The translations under genes were made by a program, and so were the position numbers. From NCBI GenBank assembly GCA_951406725.2, contig OX597819.1:135036001-135100000 (forward strand): 64,000 nt of DNA. Reading direction: 5' to 3'. The stretch is from Octopus vulgaris. Taxonomy: Eukaryota. The stretch's first letter is position 1. The number at the start of each line of letters is the position of its first letter. The notes under the pieces are model-generated. The model was not told where the DNA came from, ran no database searches, and saw only the letters and a program-made list of their open reading frames with translations. This document shows positions 24,925 through 36,549 of this stretch, in pieces.

Positions 24925-25925
24925 TCATCATCATCATCATCGTCTTACGTCTGTTTTGCATGCTGGTATGGGTTGGACGGTTCGACTGGGGTCTGGGAAG
25001 TCAGGAGGCTGCAACAGGCCCCAGTCTGATCTGGCAGTGTTTCTACAGCTGGATGCCCTTCCCAACACCAACCACTCCGTGAGTGTTGTGTGTGCTTTTT
25101 ACATGTCACCGGCACAGGTGCCAGGGGAGGCTGGCAAACAGCCACGATTGGTTGGTGCATTTTACGAGTCACCAGCACGGATGCCAGTCAAGGTGGCGCT
25201 GGCATTGGCCACGTTTGGATGGTGCAATAGGTACTGGCAACAGCCACACTCAAATAGTGTTTTTTATGTGCCACCTGCACAGGAGTCAGTCCAGTGGCAC
25301 TGGCAACGACCTCACTCGAATGTTTTTTCACATGCCACCGGCACAAGTACCAGTAAGGCGATGCTGGTAACGATCACGCTCGAATGATGCTCTTTACTTG
25401 CCACCAGCATGAACGCCTGTTAGCCGCTCTGTCAACGATCACACTTGGATGGTGCTCTTAGCACTCCACTAGCACTGATGCCAGTCATCGAATTTGATTT
25501 CGATTTCACTTGCCTCAACAGGTCTTCACAAGTAGAGTTTAGTGTCCAATGAAGGAAAGGTATGCATAAGTGGGCTGGTTACACCCCTGGCATAGGCCAC
25601 AGGTTATGGTCTCATTTAGCTTGCCAGGTCTTCTCAAGCACAGCATATTTCCAAAGGTCTCGGTCACTAGTCATTGCCTCAGTGAGGCCTAATGTTTGAA
25701 GATTGTGCTTCACCACTTCATCCCAGACCTTCCTGGGTCTACCTGTTCCACATGTTCCCTCAACCGCTTGGGTGTGGCACTTTTTCACACAACAACCCTC
25801 ATCCATTCTTTCCACATGACCATACCAGCGCAGTCGTCTCTCTTGCACACCACATCTGATGCTTCTTAGGTCCAACTTTTCTCTCAAGGTACATACACTC
25901 TGTCGAATATGCACACTGACATTAC
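24925..25925 (-). mobile_element. RTE LINE 3' end
   Basis: CNVSVH..LREKLDLRSIRC..LRWYGHVERM..GRPRKVW, modular 3' UTR, (CAT)n tail on +. Confidence 0.93.
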
Positions 25926-25934
25926 ACACACACA

Positions 25935-26168
25935 CTACTTTATTATCTCCCCTTCTTCCTAGCTCTCCTGTGTGAACCTTCTGTCCGGCATTCACCGTGA
26001 TAGATCGCTAGCCACTACACATTCTTTATTTTCTCTCATTGTTTCTTTCTGTGGAAGAGCATAGGCTCGAAACTTTAAAGACTTTTTCACTTCCCGAGCG
26101 TTAAACTAATACATCTGTTTGTTGTCTACACCACCTGTCTTCATCTTTTGTTTTTTTGTGAATTCTCC

Positions 26169-26170
<2 letters not shown>
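25935..26170 (+). mobile_element. Probable Penelope-like terminal repeat fragment with a degenerate hammerhead-like core
   Basis: TCTTTCTGTGGAAGAGC-ATAG-GCTCGAAACTTTAAAGA at 26044-26081 resembles minimal PLE hammerheads; the core deviates from CUGANGA and GUH. Confidence 0.45.
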
Positions 26171-26206
<36 letters not shown>

Positions 26207-26374
26207 ACACACACATATACAGATATATATACACATATATATCATATATATATATAGTTAATCCAAACATGAACAAAGAGAAAACATAAACAAAGAACAA
26301 AGAGATACACATCGTTTTGGGATTTTGGTTTGCAAGATTCTTTGTGTGAGATTGTGTGTTGAAGCATATTTTAT

Positions 26375-26538
26375 TGTCTGGGGAGAGTCATTCTCTTTTA
26401 GTGCCTTATTATTTAACACACTACTGGTAAAGTTTCTACATATTTATTTATTTTTTCTAAATAAGTAAATGAGGAGAGACTTTACCAGTGAGTGTGTTAA
26501 ATAATAAGGCACTAAAAGAGAATGACTCTCCCCAGACA
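26375..26538. repeat. Long inverted repeat (about 70-bp arms) of a dispersed repeat also at about 18040-18110
   Basis: TGTCTGGGGAGAGTCATTCTCTTTTAGTGCCTTATTATTTAACACAC..CTGGTAAAGT pairs with ACTTTACCAG..GTGTGTTAAATAATAAGGCACTAAAAGAGAATGACTCTCCCCAGACA. Confidence 0.92.
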
Positions 26539-26551
26539 CAATATATATATT

Positions 26552-26947
26552 GTTTTATTTGTTTCAGTCATTTGACTGTTGCCATGCTGGAGCACTGCCT
26601 TTAGTCAAACAAATTGACCCCAGCGCTTATTCTTTGTTAGCCTAGTACTTATTTATCAGTCTCTTTGCCGAACTACAACGTTACAGGGACGTAAACACAC
26701 CAACATTGGTTGTCAAGCAACGGTGGAGGGACAAACACAGACACACAAGCATACACTCACACATATAGAAATACATATACATATATATGACGGGCTTCTT
26801 TCAGTTTTCGTCTACCAAATCCACTCACAAGGCTTTGGTCGGCCTGAGACTGCAGAAGATACTTGCCCAAGGTTCCACGCAATGAGACTGAAACTGGAAC
26901 CATGTGGTTGGTAAGCAAGCTACTTACCACAAAGCCACACCTGCACC

Positions 26948-26948
<1 letters not shown>
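26552..26948 (-). mobile_element. tRNA-derived SINE (octopus-type), near full length
   Basis: Minus-strand head GGTGCAGGTGTGGCTTTGTGGTAAG (A box)..GTTTCAGTCTC (B-box-like), then the CORE-like ACCTTGGGCAAGT, an internal (TG)n tract and an A-rich AAACAAATAAAA end. Confidence 0.8.
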
Positions 26949-26984
<36 letters not shown>

Positions 26985-26989
26985 GTATG

Positions 26990-27040
<51 letters not shown>

Positions 27041-27066
27041 GTATGTATGTATATATATATATATAT
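26949..27066. repeat. (TA)n microsatellite
   Basis: Directly visible. Confidence 0.95.
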
Positions 27067-27672
27067 CATCATCATCACCATCATCGTTTAACATGCGTTC
27101 TCCATGCTAGCATGGGTTGCGCGGTTCGACCGGGGATCTGGGAAGCCAGAAGGCTGCACCAGGCTCCAGTCTTATCTGGCAATGTTTCTACAGCTGGATG
27201 CCCTTCCTAACGCCAGCCACTCCGTGAGTGTAGTGGGTGCTTTGTACGTGCCACCCGCACAGGTGCCAGGCGAGGCTGGCAACGGCCACGGTCAGATTGG
27301 TGTATTTTACGTGCCACCGGCACGGAAGCCAGTCGAGGCGGCGCTGGCATCGGCCACGATTCGGATAGTGCTTTTTACGTACCACCAGTCCAGGGGTCCT
27401 GGCATCTGCCGGGTGCCAGTCATAGGATTGGTTCAATTTCGATTCCGATTTCACTTGCTCCAACAGGTCTTTGCAAGCATGGGTGCCTGTTGTCGGATGA
27501 GGTTCGATATTGACTTCGCTTGCCTCAACAGGTCTTTGTGTGTCCAAGGGAGGAAAGGTATGCATAAGTGGGCTGGACTCACTTGTCCTGTCTGGTCTTC
27601 TCACGTACAGCATATTTCCAAAGGTCTCGGTCGCTGGTCATTTCCTCAGTGAGGCCTAAAGTTCGAAGGTCG
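27066..27672 (-). mobile_element. RTE LINE 3' end flanked by (TA)n
   Basis: DLRTLGLTEEMTSDRDLWKYAVREKTRQDK*, modular 3' UTR, (CAT)n tail. Confidence 0.9.
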
Positions 27673-27838
27673 ATATATATATATATAGAGAGAGAGAGAG
27701 AGGAGGGAAAGATATGTCTATAAAATATACCTATATGCATATATACTTCGTGATGATGTATATATGTATACACATGTGTGTGTGTGTGTATCAATTGTGT
27801 CTGATTCTTCAAGTGCTTCAGTTGTGTCTATGAACATA

Positions 27839-28881
27839 TCTATATCTAAAAAAGGCAGGATGCGTGTATGTACATGAATGTAATTTATGCACATTCACAA
27901 GTTAGCATGCATGTCGCTCCAATTTTAGGAGGACATTGGTCACGCCATGGCTGTGTTTTTGTCAACTTAATTCTCTTGAGGCAGCCAGGGATAACTTTTA
28001 CCAGTTTCCACGTCAGTGAAATCCGTAAGTTTGCTAACATGAGTTATGTCCCCTGTCTAGCAATGGCGAAAAAGAAAAATAATTTTTAGATTAACACCCG
28101 CACGATTTTCACTAAGGAAAAAAAACTCGCATTTTTTGTGTGGAATCAAGTATTCTGACCCCTTAATATGCTGCAAATCCCTTATTTTGGTTCAGAAAAA
28201 AGTGGGGTAGGACAGGGGACCCCCCCCATCCCGGAATCATTGGAAATTTGTTTTCTTTTTTTCGTTGAATGAATTCCTGTGACCTCCTAATATGCTATAA
28301 AACCCTTTTGGGGTCCGAGAAACGGGGTGGGGTGAGGTGGAAACCTCGGAAATTTCACCCCCACCCCTATTGATCTTTTCGCCTGCATGATTTTCACTAA
28401 GGAAGAAATAAAAATTGCATTTTTTGTTGTTGCTTGGAATCAAGTACCAATACCTCCTAATATGCTGCAAATCCCTTATTTTCGTTTGGAAAAAAGGGGG
28501 TGGGGCGAGGGAAGACCCCCCCATCCCGAAATCATTGGGATTAGATGATGGGGGTGGAGGTTTCGAAAGACCAGCATGTGCAACCTGATCACCTCTGCCT
28601 GTTAAACTCCCAACCCATGCGTTCCCGTTGTGACACTGATTCTGCAGAACTGGGTTGGATGTGAAAACAAACTTTAAAGTATATAGATGATTTGAATCAG
28701 CAATGATGTGTTCGGTTAAGTCTTATTTGGGGTGAAAAATCAATAAACTGATTCCTTATGCGGTTTTCCATTCAATCAGGATTAAAAATCGATAACCCGA
28801 TTCCTTATAGGATTTCCCACTAAAATTGGCTACACCCCATTTTCAACCATAACTTTTACCAACGCCGGGCTATACTGCTAG
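27839..28881 (+). mobile_element. Non-autonomous Helitron with an internal duplication
   Basis: A|TCTATATCTAAAAAAGG start; AACGCCGGGCTATACTGCTAG|T end, similar to the 3' end at 40101-40130; internal direct repeat about 28103-28243 and 28389-28539. Confidence 0.72.
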
Positions 28882-29467
28882 TACTTAACTAGATTGCAGA
28901 CAATTATTAATGGTTTTCCATTGTGTTGATGTGCCATTTTCTCTCATTAATAAAACTGTTGGCATTTTTACAGACACGGTATGCTAGTATGATATAATGC
29001 TTTTCTCACTTTAACACAAATTAATAACAACCTCTCCGTAATTGCTCAAACTGTAAGAAACTAGCCAAATCTCACTGTACCATCTTACATGTGAACCAGA
29101 GTACCTTGGATTTAGGAAAAGGGTGGGAAGGCCACGGTTGGATTACTTTACGTTATAAGTTTGCTCAATCTGGATTGACGAGCTAAGAACAAAACTTTAA
29201 TTTATATTCTTTTATTTCCTTATTAGCTTCGGTCACTAAGCACTGCACCTTAGTATTTACTTTATCTTTTACCAAATAACAAACACTGCTCGTTTTGACA
29301 GGCGGTATTGTGTGAAATTGGGGAAGGTGGAAATCTAGGGTTTACATTCTAAACAAATGCAAAACTTTTAATGTTATTTTTCGCGATGCAGACCAGCAAT
29401 AGTTTTCTGGAGTCCCAAGTTTTTCCTATATTTTGCCTCTCCTCAACAGTAATTTTTGCCTGACGAC

Positions 29468-29561
29468 CCATTGGCAGGAGAGCTGTTGTCATTGGTCACT
29501 AGCAATCATGTGACAGCCTCTTCCTTAGTAACGGTTGCTGTGTTCGTCAGCCATGGCAAAC
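29468..29561 (+). promoter_or_regulatory. Candidate MNS1 promoter with RFX X-box-like and CCAAT motifs
   Basis: GTCACTAGCAAT (29495-29506), CCTTAGTAAC followed by GGTTGC (29523-29538), GTCAGCCATGGCAAAC (29546-29561), two ATTGG motifs (29470, 29491); repeat-free and 80-170 bp upstream of the ATG. Confidence 0.55.
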
Positions 29562-29641
29562 TGCTCCAAACTTACGCGTCTCGTCGTAAAGTTTTTATAA
29601 ATTGTTCACTTATCCCTCATTAAATACATACACATTATATC

Positions 29642-29644
29642 ATG
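29642..29644 (+). CDS. MNS1: MNS1 coding exon 1 (ATG only)
   Basis: ATG|GTAAGT perfect donor; phase 0 matches exon 2; sits directly downstream of the X-box-like cluster. Confidence 0.65.
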
Positions 29645-30293
29645 GTAAGTTAAATGTCTTATCTGCTATTTCCTTAACGTTTGGAGGATACAGTCAGTTC
29701 GTCATACTGTATATCCATTGTCTCGAAAGTCAGTAACGATCTTTCGTGAAAACTGGCGGAAAAACAAAAGTGTTTCAAATTTATAATTCTCTAATATTGA
29801 TCGGATATGTTTGACGTGTAAATTAGCAGCTGATTGAAGTGAGGTTGCCACTTCACTGTCGCTTTTAACTCTCAACGTTTTCTACAACAGCTTAACCGTT
29901 TTTAATTCGATCAGCAATAAAATGGAATTTCAAAATATTTTTCCATATTTTCCTCTTTTCATATTTTCTCGCCGTCGCAGGTGACGTGCGACTAATTTGG
30001 TTCTGCATTAATGCTATTTTCTTTTCACCACTTCTTTTACTTATTATTGTCTTTCTTTCGTACTATATATGTATTGCCTTTCACCTCATCTACACACGTG
30101 TTAGATATGTATTAACCTTTATAAAAAATAAAGATCACAGTTCCAGTTAATGCTATAATAATAAAAATATACAAACATTCAAATGTTTATATGGCTATGG
30201 TGAAAAGAAATTATGTTGCCCCCGCCCTCAATATAATAATAAAATCCGGCGTAAGAAAAGAATATACACACTGGGTGGTTAGGGTCTTTGGTC

Positions 30294-30861
30294 AATATAA
30301 AGACCTTCACCCGGGAATAAGGAGAAAAAAATTAACCAGCATGGGGGGGGGTTAACAAGTGGGCATTCCTTCGATAGAACTCGACAAAATCAAAACACTT
30401 CACTTGGGGTATTTCCGTGGAAGCAAATGACAGTTCGAGTCTGTTTTCTGCTTGGAAATTTGCAGATTTTACCTACACACCTGAAACAGGTAAGAACAAA
30501 TACTGGAATGGGTGTAAATGTGTAGGAAACGAATATGAAAAAAAAAAAATGCGCGCAAAGCAACGGGAGGGTGGAGAAATGACTTCGGAAAATTCACAAG
30601 ATCCGAGTTTTTTCCTCATAACTTTAAGGAAAATGGAGTTTTTTCAATGAAATTTTATAGAAATACCTTTCAAATGGCATACATACATTACGATTATAAA
30701 GTAATTTGTGGGGAAAATCTTTCCCAAAGGGTAGGAGTCCCCTCCCTACCCCCAGGGTCGTCAGCGCGCATTTTTTTAAATATTCGTTTTCCACATACTT
30801 GTTAACACCCACCAGGCTGGTTAATTTTCGTTTTTTGTTCCCGGGTGAAGATCTTTATATT
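30294..30861. mobile_element. MITE / non-autonomous DNA transposon with about 65-bp imperfect TIRs
   Basis: AATATAAAGACCTTCACCCGGGAA..AAAATTAACCAGC..GTTAACAAGT pairs with ACTTGTTAAC..GCTGGTTAATTTT..TTCCCGGGTGAAGATCTTTATATT. Confidence 0.8.
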
Positions 30862-31163
30862 AACGGGGTTTTTGTTACGTCGAAAATGGGTGATGTTTTT
30901 ATTCTTTACCTCCGCCATAAAATCCTTTATATTTGGGATATAGGAACAAACATATTTTGCGGATGGGCGGGGAGTTAAAGAAAGAGAATCTATTTTGAGT
31001 ATGCGGATAACTTCAGGTTTATGGGTAAGTGTTGATTTTATGATTTGGTAGTTTAAAAATAATGATTTTAAACTATGTAAATGTAGCCATTGATTTCTCA
31101 GTTGCTTTTAAGTATTTAAAGTCATCTTTTCTTTTTTGTTTTTATTCTCTAATATTTCTTCAG

Positions 31164-31373
31164 AAGAAACTTCATCATCAGCAGCAGACAGAAAAGAGAA
31201 TTGCTCTTATCTGCAGACAGGATGGAATACGAGATGACACAATTCAACAGATAAAAGCAGAAAATTTGTACAAGTTTCGTAACAACTTAGAAAACTTAGT
31301 TGAAGAAAAAAGATTTAATCGTCGTCTTGCCCTTGAAGCAAAGGAAAGAGAATTAGAAGAAAATCTTGAATAC
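31164..31373 (+). CDS. MNS1: MNS1 coding exon 2
   Basis: Pyrimidine tract plus CAG acceptor, 210 nt, KKLHHQQQTEKRIALICRQD..ENLVEEKRFNRRLALEAKERELEENLEY, GTAAGA donor, phase 0/0; coiled-coil. Confidence 0.85.
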
Positions 31374-32446
31374 GTAAGATTTTGTTGCTATTTATTATTT
31401 AAGATCATGATTGGAGTTAGCATTATTAACAGCAGGGTATTTAAAAGATATTCTTATTTTCATTTGTCTTGAGAGATACATTCGTTTTTGTTACTCTTAT
31501 ATTGCAAAGAATATAATGATAATGATGATAATAGGATTTTGATAGACATGCAACTCTTCATGATTTTTGAAAAATGTTACAGAAAAATTGATACTGGTAT
31601 ATTTTCTTTTTTTTAAAAATATTTTCTAGTTTTGTATAGTTGCTTCTATCTAAATCTATCAGTAAATGGTCACTATGTCTTTTATGATGGAATAACAGAT
31701 ATGACAATTGAAATAATTGATTATAGCACTTTAGGTTCAAAGTTCGAAATTCATTGGGTCAAACTTGAGGTTGAGTTAATGAAGACCAGTCATGTAGAGA
31801 GATTAATGAAATTCATTATTAGAACTGTATGGCCTTGTGAAAGTGCAACTATTAGCTGCATTGGACTGTGATTGAAGAGCTTGTGGGGGTCTAGCTTGAC
31901 CCTGCCTGAGATTTGAAACCAAATCCATCAGCTTGTTGCTTATCAAAATGAGCGGGAAATCCTCCACACTAGTTGATTGATGAGGAAACACTCCACCCCC
32001 AGGACTTGTACTGGTCAAGGAAAGGTCAGTCTTTTGTTTAAGGTTTGACCTACATTACTGACCATAGCCTCTATAACAGAGAGAATTTTCTATCTCTTCC
32101 TCTTATGTGTCAGCTATAACCAAGGAACAATACCTGCTCTTAGGTATCAGCCAGACCAAGGAGCAACACCTGCTTTTGCATCAGCCTTAACCAAAAGCAG
32201 CACTTCCTTTCGCCCTTTGCTCCACATGGTAAGAGAGGCTTTCAACTGTAAGAAAGGTGATGCCGCCTTTACCCTTTCTTCTTTTCTCGTCAGCACCATA
32301 ACTACCTTACTCTTTCCCTCTCTACTAATAGACAACCTTTTTCTACATATCAACTACTAACCAGCGTGTCATCCTTGTCATCACTATCACTAGAACTGCT
32401 ACTGTCTCTGTAAAACCCGATGGGTAAATGAATAGATATATGTAAA

Positions 32447-33808
32447 TGTACCCAGTGTAAACTATGGACACATAAGAGGTGCAGTAATATCAAAGGAAGG
32501 CTAACTGGGAAGATAGTTTTTGTATGTGGAAGATGCTCGGGAGCAATAAATACCGAAAATGCGCAGAGACCAACTTCTGCCACATTCCAAGGAGAAAAAC
32601 TAGAAGTAGTTGATAGCTTCCGTTACCTAGGTGACCAAGTCAGTAGTGGAGGAGGGTGTACTGAAAGTGTAGCTGCTAGAATAAGAATAGCTTGGGCAAA
32701 GTTCAGAGAGCTATTACCTCTGCTGGTAACAAAGGGCCTTTCACTCAGAGTAAAAGGTAGACTGTATGGCGCTTTGTACAAACAGCCATGCTACATGGCA
32801 GTGAAACATGGGTTGTGACTGCTGAGGACATGTGTAAGCTCACAAGGAATGAAGCCAGTATGATCCGATGGATGTGTAATGTCAGTGTGCATACTCGACA
32901 GAGTGTAAGTACCTTGAGAGAAAAGTTGGACCTAAGAAGCATCAGATGTGGTGTGCAAGGGAGATGACTGCGCTGGTATGGTCATGTGGCAAGAATGGAT
33001 GAGGATAGCTGTGTGAAAAAGTGCCACACCCTAGTGGTTGAGGGAACCTGCGGAAGAGGTGGACCCAGGAAGACATGGGATGAAGTGGTGAAGCACAACC
33101 TTCGAACATTAGGCTTCACCAAGGAAATGACTAGCGATCAAGACTTTTGGAAATATGCTGTGCTTGAGAAGACCCGGCAAGCCAAATGAGACCATCACCT
33201 GTGGCCTATGCCAGGAGCATAACCAGCCCGCTTATGCGTACCTTTTCCTTCTTTGGTTACTAAACTCTGATTGTGAAGACCTGTTGAGGCAAGTGAAATC
33301 AAAATCAAATTAGATGACTGGCATCGGTGCTAGCGGGGTCCAAAGAGCAGCTTCCATGCCAGTGGCACATAAAAGGGCACCATTCGAGTATGATTGTTAC
33401 CAGTGTTGCTTTACTGGCACTTGAGCATGTGCTAGTAGGGTGCCAATCCGAGCATGATCATTGCCAGAGCAGCCAACTGGCTTCTGTACCCATGGCACAT
33501 AAAGATTGCACCATTCGAGCATGATCATTACCAACGTCGCTTCACTGTCACCTGTGCCAGTGGCACGTGTAAAAAGATTCGAGCGAGGTCGTTGCCAGTA
33601 CCGCCTGACTGGGCCTCGTGTCGGTGGCACGTAAAAAGTACCCACTACACTCTTGGAGTGGTTGGCATTAGGAAGGGCATCCAGCTGTAGAAACTCTGCC
33701 AGATCAAGATTGGAGCCTGGTGCAGCCATCTGTTTCGCCAGCCCTCAGACAAAATCGTCCAACCCATGCTAGCATGGAAAGAGGACGTTAAACGATGATG
33801 ATGATGAT
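32447..33808 (+). mobile_element. RTE LINE 3' portion inserted in the Gypsy 5' LTR
   Basis: CTQCKLWTHKRC..FRYLGD..AMLHGSETW..WYGHVARM..; 3' UTR modules; (GAT)n tail at 33794-33808. LTR sequence resumes after it, by comparison with the copy at 37133-37632. Confidence 0.93.
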
Positions 33809-34037
33809 TTCTTCCTTCTTGCAGTTAATTCTTTGATGTACACTGGTTACTCCGATGGGAGAACCTTGAAGCATTACATCTATATGCTACATTCAGTAGT
33901 GGGCTACATTATATCGAATTGATATGGAACACCGCATCTAGCCTGCTTCATTTGGTGACCCTGTCAAAGATTCACAGCCTTCACATCACCTGGCAGTGAA
34001 TTAAAACTGGAAAATTCCTGCTATTATTCCGCACATA

Positions 34038-34673
34038 ATGGCTCTCCCAAAACACAACCCAGCAGCAAACACATCCACAGCTGACATGGCATGCAAGATG
34101 GCAATTCCCCCATTTTTGTCACACGACCCTGTATTATGGTTTCACCATATAGAGGCCCAGTTTTCTTCCAACCAAATAGTGAGTGATGCATCTTGACTTA
34201 TGCATGTGATTGGTTCCCTATCACCAGAGATCATGAACGTGGTCCGTGATCTCATTATGGCACCACTCGGTTCTGTGTCATACGACACTTTCAAAACCAC
34301 TCTAATCAACAGAACTTCAGAGTCCCAACAAAAGCGACTTCACCAGCTCCTTACATTGGAAGAATTGAGCGATAGAGCGCCTTCCCAACTTCTACAAAGA
34401 ATGAAGCAGCTTCTTGGAGATGAAATCCTCCCCGAAAAGAGTTTTAAGCTGCTTTTTCTCCAGCGTCTGCCCTCCAACACACAAATGGTCCTTGCTTCCA
34501 CACGAGAATCCTCTTCCATTGAGGAACTGGCAAAGCTAGCTGACAAAATAGCCGAGGTACCACATACATATTCAACAGTATCAACAGTGCCGCCAGCCGT
34601 TCCCCCTACAAATCCCTTCCTTTCTGTGACCAGTTCTTCCAAAATTTCGGACTTGCACTCATTGATGATGTAG
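34038..34673 (+). pseudogene. Gypsy gag pseudogene
   Basis: IPPFLSHDPVLWFHHIEAQF..*..VIGSLSPE..VRDLI..YDTFKTTLI.R..S...RLHQLL..EEL.DRAPSQLL..M..LFLQRLP, a typical Gypsy gag N-terminus; one in-frame stop. Confidence 0.88.
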
Positions 34674-36096
34674 CCTTCTGATATACACCTTAACTACTAC
34701 ATTTGGTGACCCCCGTCAAAGAACAGTAGCTTTCCCTTGAACCAGCTTCACCAACTTAATTGCATTTGGAAAATGAAGACATTTTTTGTACTGCGGTTAA
34801 ATTTCCCATTTTATCACTACATTCTGGTGACCCAGGCTCAAGAAATACTGCCTTTACATCATGCTTGTCTCATCGAAGACAACAATAACAACTCTCCGAC
34901 GAAGAACTAACTGGATACTAACTATGGAAGCCCACACGTGCAATGTTTTCGACAGCCATAGACTTGAACTTTCTTTGCATGCACCTATTTTTGCATTTCA
35001 AATGCTACTTTCTAGCTTTTCAGGACCAGAACACTTTCTAACCAAGTTTGTCATTTTTGCTTATTTCATTTTATGTTTGCACTGCACATGCATTGTTCAC
35101 CTGTTTTTATTCCATGGTTTCTGCTAAATGTCCTCCTTTTGAATATCTGCAATTTCTTTCTTTGCATGCTAACCCCTGCTCTGTATTTTGTTTGTAAAAC
35201 AAAACAAAATTCTTTCTCGATGTTCATACACGAACATGCATGACTGCACCCACTTATACACATACACCAAAACATGGTGCCTTTAGACATGTTCTCATGT
35301 CTGTGCCTGCTCAGCCTCTTTTCCTGACTCTATAAGTCGGATGTCAACACTTGCTCTTTGCGCTCTTGTCAGACACAGCTTGTTTCTGTTCGACCCCAGG
35401 TTGGTCACGAAGCTAATAAGAGAATTGTCTGTCCGACGCACTGAGCCAGCATGCCACACAATCGTCATTCTGGCTAATCTTAGCAAATGCCCGTGACAAC
35501 AATGCCAGACACAATTCACTTTGGCACTTTTTTCAAGGCATTTTCACATAAAATGCAATCCTGAAAGAAAACTTTTGCTGATATCATGGATAGAGAATGC
35601 ACACACTCACTCACCTCAGCTTATTCCATAGCTACAGGACTTTCTCTCACACTCATGTAGACACCCTTGCATGCTCACTCACTGCTTCAGTCACGCAACA
35701 ACTGGCACATTCTGCACTCATGCGCACGCTCATTCACTCTGCCTCAGTCACGCACCAACTGGCATATTCTGCATTCTGCGCAAGCGAAGTGACACTGCTA
35801 TTCGGATGCACACGAATAGATACTTGTCTTGTATACCTTCTCAAGATTCTTTCTGCTGATATGCACAATTTTTCTCAGCCTTGCATCACATTCACCAACA
35901 AGAAAATACTTTTCACAATTGAACGTTATTCTCACCTTGTCTTTAAATGCATTTTTGTATGAATGCTCTCTTTTCCCTAGATCGTTTGTTTCTTTGTTTA
36001 GAAACTCACTAGCGGGGAAGTAATGTGGTGGTCTAGCTTGACCCTGCCTGAGATTTGAAAACAGATCCACCAGCTTGTTGCTTGTCAAACTTATTG

Positions 36097-36545
36097 CTAG
36101 TGTGCAAGAGAGAGGACTGCTTGTTTGGCCATGGTTATGTGATGCATATGAATGAGAACAGCTGCATAAAGGAGTGCTGAGCTCTTATTGTGGAGGGAAC
36201 CTGTGGAAGGGATAAATTCAGGAAGATGTGGAACGAAGTGGTGAGAAAGGATCTTGGGATGCTGGGCTTCACAGAGGAAATGATATGGGACTGGGAGTTG
36301 TGATGATTTGGAGTGCTTGATGAGATGTGCCAAGCTAAGTAAAATCGCTGTCATTCATACATACAAGCTTGTCCTTTACAGGTGCTGGTGGCACATGAAA
36401 ATAGACCTAGCACTCTCTCTAAAGTGGTTGGTATTAGGAAGGGCATCTAGCTGTAGAAATAATGTCAAAACTGGCTGGCCAGTTCCATGTCAAACCATCC
36501 AACCCATGACAGCATGGAAAACAGACATTAAATAATGATGATGAT
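36097..36545 (+). mobile_element. Old RTE LINE 3' fragment
   Basis: Degenerate VQERGL.FGH..VEGTCGR..W.EVV; AGGAAGGGCATC core; (GAT)n tail. Confidence 0.8.
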
Positions 36546-36549
36546 TTTT

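Larger units (their letters stand above)
31882..36092 (+). mobile_element. Non-autonomous Gypsy LTR retrotransposon (5' LTR, PBS, gag, no intact pol, PPT, truncated 3' LTR)
   Basis: 5' LTR TGTGG at 31882 to CA at 33950 (split by an RTE), PBS TGGTGACCC at 33953, gag remnant, purine tract AGCGGGGAAGTAA, second LTR start TGTGGTGGTCTAGCTTGACCCTGCCTGAG at 36024. Confidence 0.82.

Noticed and set aside
26860-26948. tRNA genes here and at 41800-41880
   Set aside because: A and B boxes are present but there is no full cloverleaf, and each runs into a SINE body.
31062-31472. 136-aa single-exon ORF from the ORF track
   Set aside because: Only 31164-31373 is bounded by splice sites and MNS1-like; the flanks are intronic read-through.
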